Source of the DNA: Colwellia polaris
Lineage (GTDB): Archaea; Nanohalarchaeota; Nanosalinia; Nanosalinales; Nanosalinaceae
Assembly (NCBI GenBank): GCA_047617785.1
Contig: JBLGBK010000002.1
Span: 32,001-96,000 of the forward strand
Direction: 5' to 3'
Length of the DNA: 64,000 nt
Below the pieces are notes generated by a model. That model did not search any database and had not been told where the DNA came from. It saw only the letters and a list, made by a program, of their open reading frames with translations. Made by a program: the position numbers and the translations under genes. Positions 10,723 through 20,261 of the stretch are shown here, in pieces; the stretch's first letter is position 1, and every line of letters starts with the position of its first letter.

Positions 10723-12002
10723 AGAAGACAACAATTCTGCTGACACTTGTACTTTTCACAGGCTTAACAACAGCACAGTCAGCGAACGAAACACAGCAAG
10801 CACTTCAACAAGCTGAAAGCGACATCCAGTTGATGGAGGAAGAAGATATACCAACTGAACGAGTTACGAATCTCTTAGAAACAGCGAACAACTCCTATCT
10901 TGCGCAGAGAAACTTTGAGAATGAAGGAGGAACTGCAGATTACTCGCGCGTCAAGGAGCTTACCCAACAGATCAGCGATATACAGGAGAGAGCGATAAGA
11001 GTCTCCGACAGGATAAGCGCACTGGATATGAGATTGAAAGAGCTGGAAAACACAAGCGTCAACCTTTCATCAGCGGAAAACGAACTAAATGCTGCAAAAG
11101 ATGATTTCCAAAGCCAGAGATTTGAGGAGGCGGAGGGTCATGTCGAATCAGGCTATTCAGCGATATCCGAGGCACAGTCCGCACGTACACAGGTAGAGAG
11201 CTTTGCCGCAGCACAGCAGGAAGACATAGTGGCACAGATAAACATATTTATAGATTATCTGAGAGCAAATCCTACTAAAGTCGGCGGAAGCACAGCTCTC
11301 GGACTTCTAGCCATGATATCATTCTGGAAGGAGTTCAACACATATCGACTGATTAAACGAAGAAAGCGGAAAACCGTCAAAGAAGAAGTTCTGGAGCGTT
11401 TGATTACAGACAGCCAAAAAGAGTACTACATGCGGAAAGAAGGCTCACCTATACAGTTCAACACCAAGATGAACCGATTCGAGGATCTACGGAGAAACGT
11501 AGTCGAAGATATCGAAATAATAGATGGTAAACTGGAGAACCGGCACTCTCTACTCTTTGATCCGGAAGAACCTACGCAGGAAGAAGTCGAAATTGATGAA
11601 ACAATAGAAGAATCGGCAGAAACTGAAAAAGAAGAACAAGTGAAGAAAGAACAGGAGCAGCAAAAGCCCGTAGAAGTAATTGATACCGAAGACGAAACTG
11701 AAGATCAAACCGAGGAGGTCAGCGAAAGCAGCAAAAATGAAGAACAGGAAGAAGCTGAAGACACACAGGATATGGATAACGAAGAGAGTGAAGACAAGGA
11801 AGAGGAAAGTGAAGAGAACAACGAGCTAGTATGTGATGAATGTGGCGAAGAATTTGAAACAGAGCGCGGACTTAGCATCCACAGAGAAAGAACTCATGAT
11901 TCAGAGATTCAGGCCGAAGGCGTTGTATGTCCTGTATGCGGAGATGTTTTCGATACTGAAAGAGGCATGCATATCCACAGAGGAGAAGTTCACAAGGATT
12001 AG
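10719..12002 (+). CDS. Signal-peptide/coiled-coil/TM protein with acidic linker and two C-terminal C2H2 zinc fingers
   Basis: MKKTTILLTLVLFTGLTTA signal peptide; TM VGGSTALGLLAMISFW then KRRKRK; CDECGEEFETERGLSIHRERTH and CPVCGDVFDTERGMHIHRGEVH; GTGA overlap with the giant gene. Confidence 0.8.
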   Translation: MKKTTILLTLVLFTGLTTAQSANETQQALQQAESDIQLMEEEDIPTERVTNLLETANNSYLAQRNFENEGGTADYSRVKELTQQISDIQERAIRVSDRISALDMRLKELENTSVNLSSAENELNAAKDDFQSQRFEEAEGHVESGYSAISEAQSARTQVESFAAAQQEDIVAQINIFIDYLRANPTKVGGSTALGLLAMISFWKEFNTYRLIKRRKRKTVKEEVLERLITDSQKEYYMRKEGSPIQFNTKMNRFEDLRRNVVEDIEIIDGKLENRHSLLFDPEEPTQEEVEIDETIEESAETEKEEQVKKEQEQQKPVEVIDTEDETEDQTEEVSESSKNEEQEEAEDTQDMDNEESEDKEEESEENNELVCDECGEEFETERGLSIHRERTHDSEIQAEGVVCPVCGDVFDTERGMHIHRGEVHKD

Positions 12003-12994
12003 AACATTCCTCCGGAATCATCGTTTCCGCTTCCGAAGAAGTTGTCATTATGTCTGACATTTAATCCCAGTCCGCCTTCTATTGTCATTGGTGCGATCTT
12101 CTCTTCAAAGTTAGTACCACGCATCTTGTAAATCTGTATTCCGCGTGAGCTCTGCTGCTTGTACATAAGGATTACTCCATCAGCTAGGAACTCTGCATGG
12201 CCTGTTTCAGTAATCTGATCCGGTATAGTCTGAGATTCAGCAATTACAAAGGATGTAACACCAATATCGCGGAAGAGATCGAACAGTTCTCTAACATATA
12301 GCCTGTAGTTCTTGGACTTTTCTGAAAAGCCTGCTGAGATAGCTGATAGTGAGTCAACGATTACACGGTCGAAGGATTCTTCATCCTCATCTAGATCGCC
12401 AAACATCAGCGGTTTAGTATCGATTTCGAGCTCTCCGCTCTGTTTCTTGAACAACGCTTCTACTGTACGGGATACGTCGAACGGGTCGTACGTTTCAATT
12501 ACTAAATTGCCGTCATCAACGTGCTTCTGCCCGTCCCAGCCGAAGTCTTCCATGTGGCTAATTAAAGCGTCTGGCGATTCCTCGAAGCTCATGAATAGTA
12601 CTTTTTCGCCGTTTTCAGCAGCATGGTTGGCCATATGAAGGTTGAATATTGATTTACCCGATCCTGGGTTTCCTGCGATTAATGTAACGTTCCGCTTTCT
12701 TATTCCATCGCCGAAGAGATTATCGATTCCGTTTATACCTGTACGGAGATAGTTTTCTTTCTTGCCTGCTGATATTCCGTCGTCATCTTCCTCGGATGAG
12801 TTATCGCTTCCGTCGTCGTTGTTGAATTCTGACCATGGGTTCTCATCTTCAGAATCACTATCAACTTCTGAGTCTTCCTGCCATTCTCCGACTCTGTTCG
12901 GGTTAATATCTTCGTGTTTTGCGGAGACATGGGCTTTCAATGCTTTCAAAGTTGGAAAGTCATGGCCACATTTCTTACACTCCATGGTGTTCAT
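11999..12994 (-). CDS. Single-domain KaiC-like (RAD55/GvpD family) RecA-superfamily ATPase with N-terminal C2H2 zinc finger
   Basis: LRTGINGID, Walker A GNPGSGKS, catalytic SFEES, Walker B RVIVDS, EFLADGVI, KMRGT; N-terminal CKKCGHDFPTLKALKAHVSAKH. Confidence 0.88.
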   Translation of the reverse strand: MNTMECKKCGHDFPTLKALKAHVSAKHEDINPNRVGEWQEDSEVDSDSEDENPWSEFNNDDGSDNSSEEDDDGISAGKKENYLRTGINGIDNLFGDGIRKRNVTLIAGNPGSGKSIFNLHMANHAAENGEKVLFMSFEESPDALISHMEDFGWDGQKHVDDGNLVIETYDPFDVSRTVEALFKKQSGELEIDTKPLMFGDLDEDEESFDRVIVDSLSAISAGFSEKSKNYRLYVRELFDLFRDIGVTSFVIAESQTIPDQITETGHAEFLADGVILMYKQQSSRGIQIYKMRGTNFEEKIAPMTIEGGLGLNVRHNDNFFGSGNDDSGGMF

Positions 12995-13101
12995 GATACA
13001 AATGCACCTGTTTCAAACTTAAAGTTTTCTTAAAACGGTTCAACAGCGCTTGAAACCAGAAAATTTAATAACAAGGAACTTACTGACTTCGTTATAGAAA
13101 C

Positions 13102-13656
13102 ATGGAATTTCCTGAAGAACTTGAAGAACTGGAAAGGGGAAAACCAGTATTTGTATCAACAGAGTCTCCTGATCTACGAGAACTTGTAAACACGCTTATA
13201 GAGAAAATTACAGAGGATGAAAAGCTTGTAGTGTATATAGGAAGTATTAAAACCAGTAAGAAAGTCAAAAGCATGCTGAAAGAAAGAGATATAGACCTGA
13301 AGAAGATTCTATTCTTCGACATGGCAACAAAGGTTACAGGCTCAGCTCCTGACGACGTGGAAAACACTGTATTCTTCGACCCTGAAGATATCAACCAGGT
13401 TAACATGCAACTCGACGACGCGGTAGACGCAGTACCAGAAGACCGAGAAGCCGTGATAGTATTCGACACAATATCAACACTGTCAATATACAACGATAAA
13501 GAAGTAATAATCAAGTTCTTGAAAAGCCTGAGTTCAAAGATGGATAACTGGGACGTATCCTCAGTTCTACTCGGAGTAGAGAGCGAAATGAGCGACGAAC
13601 TTACGGAGGCTGTGGAAGATTCTGTTGAAGAAACAATCGATGCAACCAGCGAATAG
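13102..13656 (+). CDS. Inactive RecA/KaiC-fold protein (DUF835-like)
   Basis: Retains ILFFDM and Walker-B-like AVIVFDTISTLSIYN, ends VEETID, lacks a Walker A; divergent from the KaiC-like gene. Confidence 0.65.
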   Translation: MEFPEELEELERGKPVFVSTESPDLRELVNTLIEKITEDEKLVVYIGSIKTSKKVKSMLKERDIDLKKILFFDMATKVTGSAPDDVENTVFFDPEDINQVNMQLDDAVDAVPEDREAVIVFDTISTLSIYNDKEVIIKFLKSLSSKMDNWDVSSVLLGVESEMSDELTEAVEDSVEETIDATSE

Positions 13657-13699
13657 AGAACCCGCTTTCTCAAAAGAATACACTGCAAAATAATTTCAT

Positions 13700-16600
13700 G
13701 TGAAAGTAGAAAACCTAGACCTACCTTCCAAGATAAAGGAAGACTACATAGATTCTGGCATAACTGAACTCAACCCTCCGCAGGAAAAGGCCGTAGACGC
13801 AGGGCTACTGGAAAATCAGGACATGATAGTTGCAGCGCCGACAGCATCCGGAAAGACATTTATCGCCGAGCTAGCAATGGTTGAGCAGGTTATCAAACAG
13901 AATAAAACAGCCGTCTACATCGTCCCACTGAAAGCACTTGCTTCCGAGAAGTATGAAGACTTCAAGGAAAGATACAGCAATCAAGAAGTCAAAATCTCAG
14001 TAGGAGACATGGACGACGAAGGAGAATACCTAGATACAGCAGATATCGTAGTAACCACTTCTGAAAAACTTGACTCAATGCTGAGACACAACCCTTCCTG
14101 GATCCACAACATCGGGCTAGTAGTAATCGACGAAATACATCTACTGACCTCACAGAACCGAGGTCCAACGCTCGAAGTAACAATAACGCGCCTACGAGAA
14201 CTTCTGGAATTCCAACTGCTTGGGCTCTCTGCCACCATATCAAATTCTGACGAACTTGCAAAATGGCTGAACGCAGAGCTAGTAGAGTCGGACTACCGAC
14301 CTGTAGAGCTGGAAGAAGCAGTATACGAAGGAAACGAACTCGAGTTCTACGACGAAGATGGCGGAGAGAAAGAGGTTTCCGATAGCTCTGATGAAAAGAT
14401 CGGAGCAGAAAAAAACGGAGACAGCGATATCAACTCCGCATTCCAGACCGGAACTGAAATGGCAGAAGAAGACGATGAAGAACGGTACGAACCTGTCAGA
14501 ACACAAGATATCCCGGATAAGCACAACAGCAAAGTTCAGAACATCCTGGCAGATACTTTAGAACAGGATAAACAGGGGATTGTATTCTGCTCCTCGCGTA
14601 AAGGCGCCGAAAAAAGCTCAGACCGCGTAGCTAAAGTAACAGAAGAGGATCTAACACGAGAGGAAAAAAGCAAATTAGACGAGTATGCAGAGATAATTGA
14701 AAACGTGCTTGGTTCTCCTACAGAACAATGCAAGCGATTAGCAGAGAACGTACGTAAAGGCTCAGCGTTCCACCACGCCGGACTTGTAAACCGCCAGCGA
14801 CAGGTGGTGGAGGAGGCATTCCGTGAAGGCTATATAAAATCTGTCTGCGCCACACCAACTCTCGCAGCCGGAGTAAACCTTCCCGCATTCAGAGTTATAA
14901 TACGCGACTTGAAGCGTTACACTGGCAACGGAATGGAGTTCATACCTGTCCTTGAATACGAGCAGATGTGTTTGCCGTATGATCAGAAAATCGTTTTGAG
15001 TGACGGTGAGAGGAGGAAAATTGGAGATATTGTTGAAGAGGAACAGGAGTTAGAGATTTTATCTTCTAATGATGGCGAAATTGAGTCCAAGAATATCACT
15101 GATTTCTTTTGTAGAGAAGCCGAGTTTTTGGAGATTAAGACGGAGACCGGCAGTGTAGAGGTTACCGAGAATCATCCTGTAAAGACTGACGAAGATTGGA
15201 AAGATGCTGGAGAACTGGAGGAAGGAGATAACTTGAAGCTGCTTCCAGATACCGTTAATTCAAGAAATCCTTTCTTCTTCGAACTGATGCCTGAAGAAGC
15301 CTATGTTAAAGATGCAGGAGGCATAATCGAAAAGTTCAAGAAGGAATTCGAGTTGACTGATGCAGAGGTTGCGGAAAAACTTGGCATCAGCAAATCAACC
15401 ATCTATCATTACAAAAAGAATAGGAAGGCCTGTCCTCTTGAAGGCGTACTGCAGGCCTGTGAAGAACTGGAGATAAGGAAATCTGAGATCGCCGATACCA
15501 TCAGCCTTGTGAAGAGCAGTTATGGGAATACTATTGATATACCAGAGAAGATTACGGAGAATTTCATGTGGCTTCTCGGGATAATTCTTACAGATGGAAA
15601 CCTGAACCGTACAGAAGACGGAAGAACAGGAAGCACTCACACAGCTATCCGTGTCTTCAACACTAATGAAGAGATTATAGAGAAAGCCAAATCAGCTTTC
15701 CGTGCTCTGGGACTTGAATGCTACGAAGAGGAAAGGGAAGAAGGAAAGTACAGGCTTGAAGTCGGGAACACCTTGCTCGCTCAGGTCATGAATGAAGTGT
15801 TCGATATACCTTACGGAGCAAAGTCCCAAGACACGAAGATTCCTGAGATAATCTTCAGCTTAAACGGTAATTTACAGGCAAGCTTCATAGAGGGACTTTT
15901 CGATGGAGATGGCTCATATTATGAAAATCAAGAGGAATACAAGCGTAGAATACATTTCTCCAGCTCCAGCGAGAAGTTTACAGAAGACCTACAGGAACTT
16001 CTGGCAGCTCACGGGGTAAAGTCCAGAATAGACTCTAAATTTGTAGAAAAAGTGGATTTCGGCGATGAAGAGTACGAAGTCAACAAAACCAGCTACTCGC
16101 TCAAAATCAGAAACAAAGACAGCGTTAACATACTGGCAGACTTGATTAACCCAGTAAAAGCAATTATAGAGCGGGAAGAATACAGCTCTTATCATAATTC
16201 AAACAATCACAGAAAAAAGGCTAAAGAACACACAGAAGTGCTGGAAATCCAGGAAAAAGGCAAAGAGAAAGTATATAATATCGAAGTAGAAGACAACCAC
16301 AACTACATAACCAGCAACAGAACATTGCTCCACAACTGCGGAAGAGCTGGAAGACCGAAATACGACGATAAAGGGGAAGCGATATCAATAGCAAAGAATC
16401 CTGGTATGACTTCTGAAATCGTCGACAGATATATTGCTGGCGAACCTGAGAGAATTCAGTCTAAGCTGGCTGTTGAACCGGTTCTAAGGATGCATACGCT
16501 GGCTTTGATCGCCTCCAATTTCTGTAATACGCATAAGGAGCTGCAGGATTTCTATAAGAAGACTTTCTACGCTCATCAGTACAGTGATATCGGTTCTGTG

Positions 16601-17365
16601 GAGCAGAAGATCAGCAAGGTAGTTGATCAGCTGAGAGAGTACGAGTTCCTGAAGGAGGAAAAGTTCGAGGCTACACCTCTCGGAAGACGTGTATCGGAGC
16701 TGTACATCGACCCTGATTCTGCTAACCTGATACTTGAATCGCTGGAGAAGGCTGAGGAGAAAAGTACGAAGCCGATATCCTACCTATTCATGATGTGTCA
16801 TACCAGCGAGCTGCAGCCTCGATTAAATGTGAACGCGAAAGAGGAGAGCGACTACGCTAAGGCTCTGGATGATGCAGAAGAGTATATTCTTGAGCAGGTA
16901 CCGAACGAATGGGATGTCGAGTATGAGATGTTCCTTGAAGTGATGAAGACTGCGATGATGTTGAACGCCTGGATTGATGAAAGCGATGAGCAGGAGATTG
17001 TGGATCGCTTCAACACGGCGCCGGGCGGCATCAGAGCGAAAGTCAGTAACGCCGACTGGTTGCTGTATGCCTCTAAGGAGTTAGCAAACATGAAGGAGCT
17101 GGAAACAGGTGAGATCGAGAAGCTTCGGGTACGTCTCAAGCACGGAATCAAAGAAGAACTTCTTTCACTTGTTCAATACGACCAGATCGGAAGAGTTAGA
17201 GCCCGAAAACTGCATGACTACGGCATTCGTGACGCCGAGAATATTCGAGAAACTGATTTCGAGAAGCTGAAGAAGTTGATCGGCGAGAAAACGGCACGTA
17301 AACTGAAGAAACAGGTAGGTCAGGAAAACATCTTCGATCGCGAAAACATCATGGATTATTTCTAG
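13700..17365 (+). CDS. hel308: Hel308/Hjm Ski2-like DNA helicase (intein-containing)
   Basis: APTASGKT, VPLKALA, DEIH, LSAT, FHHAGL, TPTLAAGVNLPA, split motif VI QM|CGRAGRP, C-terminal HhH IGRVRARKL. Confidence 0.95.
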   Translation: MKVENLDLPSKIKEDYIDSGITELNPPQEKAVDAGLLENQDMIVAAPTASGKTFIAELAMVEQVIKQNKTAVYIVPLKALASEKYEDFKERYSNQEVKISVGDMDDEGEYLDTADIVVTTSEKLDSMLRHNPSWIHNIGLVVIDEIHLLTSQNRGPTLEVTITRLRELLEFQLLGLSATISNSDELAKWLNAELVESDYRPVELEEAVYEGNELEFYDEDGGEKEVSDSSDEKIGAEKNGDSDINSAFQTGTEMAEEDDEERYEPVRTQDIPDKHNSKVQNILADTLEQDKQGIVFCSSRKGAEKSSDRVAKVTEEDLTREEKSKLDEYAEIIENVLGSPTEQCKRLAENVRKGSAFHHAGLVNRQRQVVEEAFREGYIKSVCATPTLAAGVNLPAFRVIIRDLKRYTGNGMEFIPVLEYEQMCLPYDQKIVLSDGERRKIGDIVEEEQELEILSSNDGEIESKNITDFFCREAEFLEIKTETGSVEVTENHPVKTDEDWKDAGELEEGDNLKLLPDTVNSRNPFFFELMPEEAYVKDAGGIIEKFKKEFELTDAEVAEKLGISKSTIYHYKKNRKACPLEGVLQACEELEIRKSEIADTISLVKSSYGNTIDIPEKITENFMWLLGIILTDGNLNRTEDGRTGSTHTAIRVFNTNEEIIEKAKSAFRALGLECYEEEREEGKYRLEVGNTLLAQVMNEVFDIPYGAKSQDTKIPEIIFSLNGNLQASFIEGLFDGDGSYYENQEEYKRRIHFSSSSEKFTEDLQELLAAHGVKSRIDSKFVEKVDFGDEEYEVNKTSYSLKIRNKDSVNILADLINPVKAIIEREEYSSYHNSNNHRKKAKEHTEVLEIQEKGKEKVYNIEVEDNHNYITSNRTLLHNCGRAGRPKYDDKGEAISIAKNPGMTSEIVDRYIAGEPERIQSKLAVEPVLRMHTLALIASNFCNTHKELQDFYKKTFYAHQYSDIGSVEQKISKVVDQLREYEFLKEEKFEATPLGRRVSELYIDPDSANLILESLEKAEEKSTKPISYLFMMCHTSELQPRLNVNAKEESDYAKALDDAEEYILEQVPNEWDVEYEMFLEVMKTAMMLNAWIDESDEQEIVDRFNTAPGGIRAKVSNADWLLYASKELANMKELETGEIEKLRVRLKHGIKEELLSLVQYDQIGRVRARKLHDYGIRDAENIRETDFEKLKKLIGEKTARKLKKQVGQENIFDRENIMDYF
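14969..16336 (+). mobile_element. Intein (456 aa) with HTH and LAGLIDADG homing endonuclease, inserted in helicase motif VI
   Basis: Starts CLPYDQKI, block B VTENHPV, LAGLIDADG motifs WLLGIILTDG and FIEGLFDGDG, block F VYNIEVEDNHNY, ends LLHN before extein Cys. Confidence 0.95.
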
Positions 17366-17907
17366 TTCTGATTATCGAAGAGATATGCAGTATCACTAAA
17401 TGAACCAAAGTCCATATCGAATACTTCAGGTCTTCCAGGTGCATCAACTGCACCATAGAAAGAAGCCTTGTCAAGCAAGATATCCGCCTCAACTTCTTCC
17501 GGATGATCCCACCATTTACCTTCAGTTTCAAGACCCTCTTCGCTAATTTCTTTATGAGTAGGTATATCCTCCCCGTAATCAGGCGAGGCTTCGAAACCTA
17601 GAGCTACAAAAAGCGCATCACCTTCTACAGACTCATTTATCTCTGCTATAGAGTCATAATCTGCGACATGGTATGCCTCTCGGGAAGGAAGCCTGTCATA
17701 TACAGAATCTACACTCTCTTTCAGAGCATTCTCATATCTTTCAACGCCATAAGCAGCTACAACAATATCGTAATTATCAAGAACCTCTTGAGGAGTAGCC
17801 ATACCAGAATAAGAATCGTTTAGAGCATTTATAACCTCATCAAAGCTGCTAATCTCGTTTTCTATTCTTAGTTCATCGTCAGAGCCGGAAGGGGATGTTG
17901 AAGCCAC
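17362..17907 (-). CDS. Hypothetical acidic protein
   Basis: 181-aa ORF with halophile-like acidic composition filling the gap; no motif recognised. Confidence 0.6.
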   Translation of the reverse strand: MASTSPSGSDDELRIENEISSFDEVINALNDSYSGMATPQEVLDNYDIVVAAYGVERYENALKESVDSVYDRLPSREAYHVADYDSIAEINESVEGDALFVALGFEASPDYGEDIPTHKEISEEGLETEGKWWDHPEEVEADILLDKASFYGAVDAPGRPEVFDMDFGSFSDTAYLFDNQN

Positions 17908-17954
17908 ATCTAAAACTGTGAAAAACTTTTTTAAAAATTTTCTGATTGGCAGAG

Positions 17955-18806
17955 TTATCCTTCTAGATGCGACTCAAGTCGTTCGATCAGTTCCCTGTTC
18001 CCTACATGTACAGGAGTTCTCTCATGTATATGCTCCGGTTCTTTCTCCAGAATAGATCTCTCGCCGTCAGAAGAAGCGCCTCCCGCATTATGGAATATGT
18101 GTGCCATCGGATTCGCCTCAAAGATAAGTCTCAGCTTTCCTTCCGGCCGCTCTTCTAGATGCGGATAGGAGAACATACCCCCATGCTTGAGTATCTGTTT
18201 TGTATCTCCTACAAACGCTCCTCCATACCTTAGCTTCATTTCTTGACGTATCTCATCCGCGAAAGAAGCGAAATCACTTGTCCAGCGATCATCACCGCCT
18301 CCAAAGCCGTAAACCTTTGGCTCCGGAAGCTCCAATCCCTCATTTAGAGTGTGAATCTTTACACCATCTCGATGATCTTCTATAACATGCTCATGGACTT
18401 GATCATCTTTTGAACGTATAGCTGTAGTTAAAGGACCATATACGATGTAGAATGCAGAGGTTATCGTATGCCCAGGTGCTGGAAGCTCTTCGTTGTATAT
18501 TGCGACTATTGTTCCGGTTAGATTGTTGGACTTGACGTTTGAGGATCCGTCGAGAGGATCAACAGTCACTGATACACCCTCCCCACATTCTATAACATCT
18601 TCTTCCTCTTCACTTGCAAACTGTCCAACACCTTCTAGAGCGGTCAGACGCTCTTTCAGAAGTCGGTTTGCGTGGAGATCGGCTTCCAGTTGTTCCTCTC
18701 CAGAAGAGTTTTCTTCACCTACTCCTTCTCGGCGTCTAAGCATGCCTGAAGAGATTTCCGGAGCAGTGCGTGCAACTTCCTCGAATATACGGTCCTCTAT
18801 AGTCAT
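17955..18806 (-). CDS. fbp: Fructose-1,6-bisphosphatase class I
   Basis: ASEE, DPLDGSSN, LRYGGAFVGD, GKLRLIFEANPMA. Confidence 0.95.
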   Translation of the reverse strand: MTIEDRIFEEVARTAPEISSGMLRRREGVGEENSSGEEQLEADLHANRLLKERLTALEGVGQFASEEEEDVIECGEGVSVTVDPLDGSSNVKSNNLTGTIVAIYNEELPAPGHTITSAFYIVYGPLTTAIRSKDDQVHEHVIEDHRDGVKIHTLNEGLELPEPKVYGFGGGDDRWTSDFASFADEIRQEMKLRYGGAFVGDTKQILKHGGMFSYPHLEERPEGKLRLIFEANPMAHIFHNAGGASSDGERSILEKEPEHIHERTPVHVGNRELIERLESHLEG

Positions 18807-18810
18807 TTTT

Positions 18811-19623
18811 CTAAAGCACGTCTTCAGGACTCTGATCCTCGAAAATTACTTTGTTCAGCTTGTTAAGCAATTCTTCAGGGTTTTCTCTCTGGAAGATGTT
18901 TCTTCCTACAGCCAGCCCATTTCCTCCTGCCTGTACAACATCATGGACGTCCGAAAGGAAGTCTTTGTCGCTGGCTTTGCTTCCACCACTCATGATAGCT
19001 TTCATCTCACCAGTGACGTCCATAACCTGTTTCCAGCCTTCATGCGAACCAGGGTACTTGCATTTAACCATGTCTGCCCCCAGCTCCAAACCGATTCGTG
19101 CCGCATAGGATATCACACTAGGATCTGTATCTCCGCCATACTCCTGGTTACCTTCGATCCCATGACCTCTTGGATATGCCCACATTACTACAGGTACGCC
19201 GTATCGGTGTGCTTCTTCCTGTACTCTGCGGAATTCTTCTGCCATATCAGCCTCGTAGTCGCTACCCGCGTACATCGTGTAGCCTACTGCATCAGCTCCT
19301 AACTCCTCTACCGCATACTGTACTGAGCAGTTAAGAGGTGAGAAGTGATCCTGCGGCTCCCAAAGATTTGATGTCCCGTTCAGTTTTACGAGAAGGTTTA
19401 CTTCATCCTCATATTCCGGATAGTATGTTTCTGCTAGGCCTTTCTGTACTGCGACCGCAGTTACTGCATCGTGTTTCGCGACCTTGAATACATGTCTTGG
19501 GTCGGCACTTTTTGGCTGCGGTTCAAAGTCAGTTGGCCCATGCTCCAATCCATGGTCATATGCCACTATTAGTGAGTTTCCGTCTCGAGTTATAGAAGAA
19601 TCTTCTAGAGCTTTCTCTTTCAT
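18811..19623 (-). CDS. fba: Class I (archaeal/DhnA-type) fructose-bisphosphate aldolase
   Basis: AYDHGLEHGP, WAYPRG, ELGADMVKCKY (Schiff-base Lys), SGG, GRNIFQ; adjacent to fbp. Confidence 0.93.
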   Translation of the reverse strand: MKEKALEDSSITRDGNSLIVAYDHGLEHGPTDFEPQPKSADPRHVFKVAKHDAVTAVAVQKGLAETYYPEYEDEVNLLVKLNGTSNLWEPQDHFSPLNCSVQYAVEELGADAVGYTMYAGSDYEADMAEEFRRVQEEAHRYGVPVVMWAYPRGHGIEGNQEYGGDTDPSVISYAARIGLELGADMVKCKYPGSHEGWKQVMDVTGEMKAIMSGGSKASDKDFLSDVHDVVQAGGNGLAVGRNIFQRENPEELLNKLNKVIFEDQSPEDVL

Positions 19624-19721
19624 ATTACGAAGTATTACCTTTCACAGTTTTTAACCTTCCGGCCGACAAAAAATGCTCACCCCGTTAAAGTAAAAACCAG
19701 AGGCACAGAATAGTCTCTTGT

Positions 19722-20216
19722 ATGAAACTGCAACTGAAGTACTTTCAGAATTTAGATCACACATGGTCTGAAAGACTTCATGACTTCGATCACAATCTAC
19801 TTCACAGTTTTTTCCAGGTGTACACCAATCTAGGTTCTCTACACTTCACAGCACTTCTATCCCTATTTATCGCGCATCTAGGGTACTTCACCCTCCTGAT
19901 AGATCTTCTTATTGCTGTAGGTATATCAGCCGGAGTTACAGAGATACTCAAATTAGTTTTCAAGAGGAAGCGGCCTGAAAATAGAGATCAAGATATTGTC
20001 GTATTGCAGAACCTTTCATTTCCCTCTGGACACTCGGCATATGCTTTTGCAACCAGTATAGCCCTCATGACAATCCCTAGCATGAGTGTTCTTCCGGTTC
20101 TTGTAGCCACACTTGTAGCGTTTTCAAGAGTATATCTTGGTCAGCATTACCTCTCCGATGTATTAGCTGGCGCCACCATTGGAACTCTTGTAAGTTACAT
20201 CGTAGTTGTTATGTAA
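19722..20216 (+). CDS. PAP2-family membrane lipid-phosphate phosphatase
   Basis: KLVFKRKRP, SFPSGHS, SRVYLGQHYLSDV motifs with TM helices. Confidence 0.9.
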   Translation: MKLQLKYFQNLDHTWSERLHDFDHNLLHSFFQVYTNLGSLHFTALLSLFIAHLGYFTLLIDLLIAVGISAGVTEILKLVFKRKRPENRDQDIVVLQNLSFPSGHSAYAFATSIALMTIPSMSVLPVLVATLVAFSRVYLGQHYLSDVLAGATIGTLVSYIVVVM

Positions 20217-20261
20217 ATGAGGAAAGGGTCAAAAGATTTCACGCCTGAAAACTGTAATATT

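Noticed and set aside
11999-12994. Circadian KaiC clock protein
   Set aside because: Single domain, EF in place of the Ser/Thr phosphosites, and no kaiA or kaiB.
18493-19302. 269-aa + strand ORF (and similar ORFs at 13092-13688, 40036-40602, 40899-41441, 46323-46832, 49447-50121)
   Set aside because: Ser-rich antisense shadows of well-supported acidic genes.
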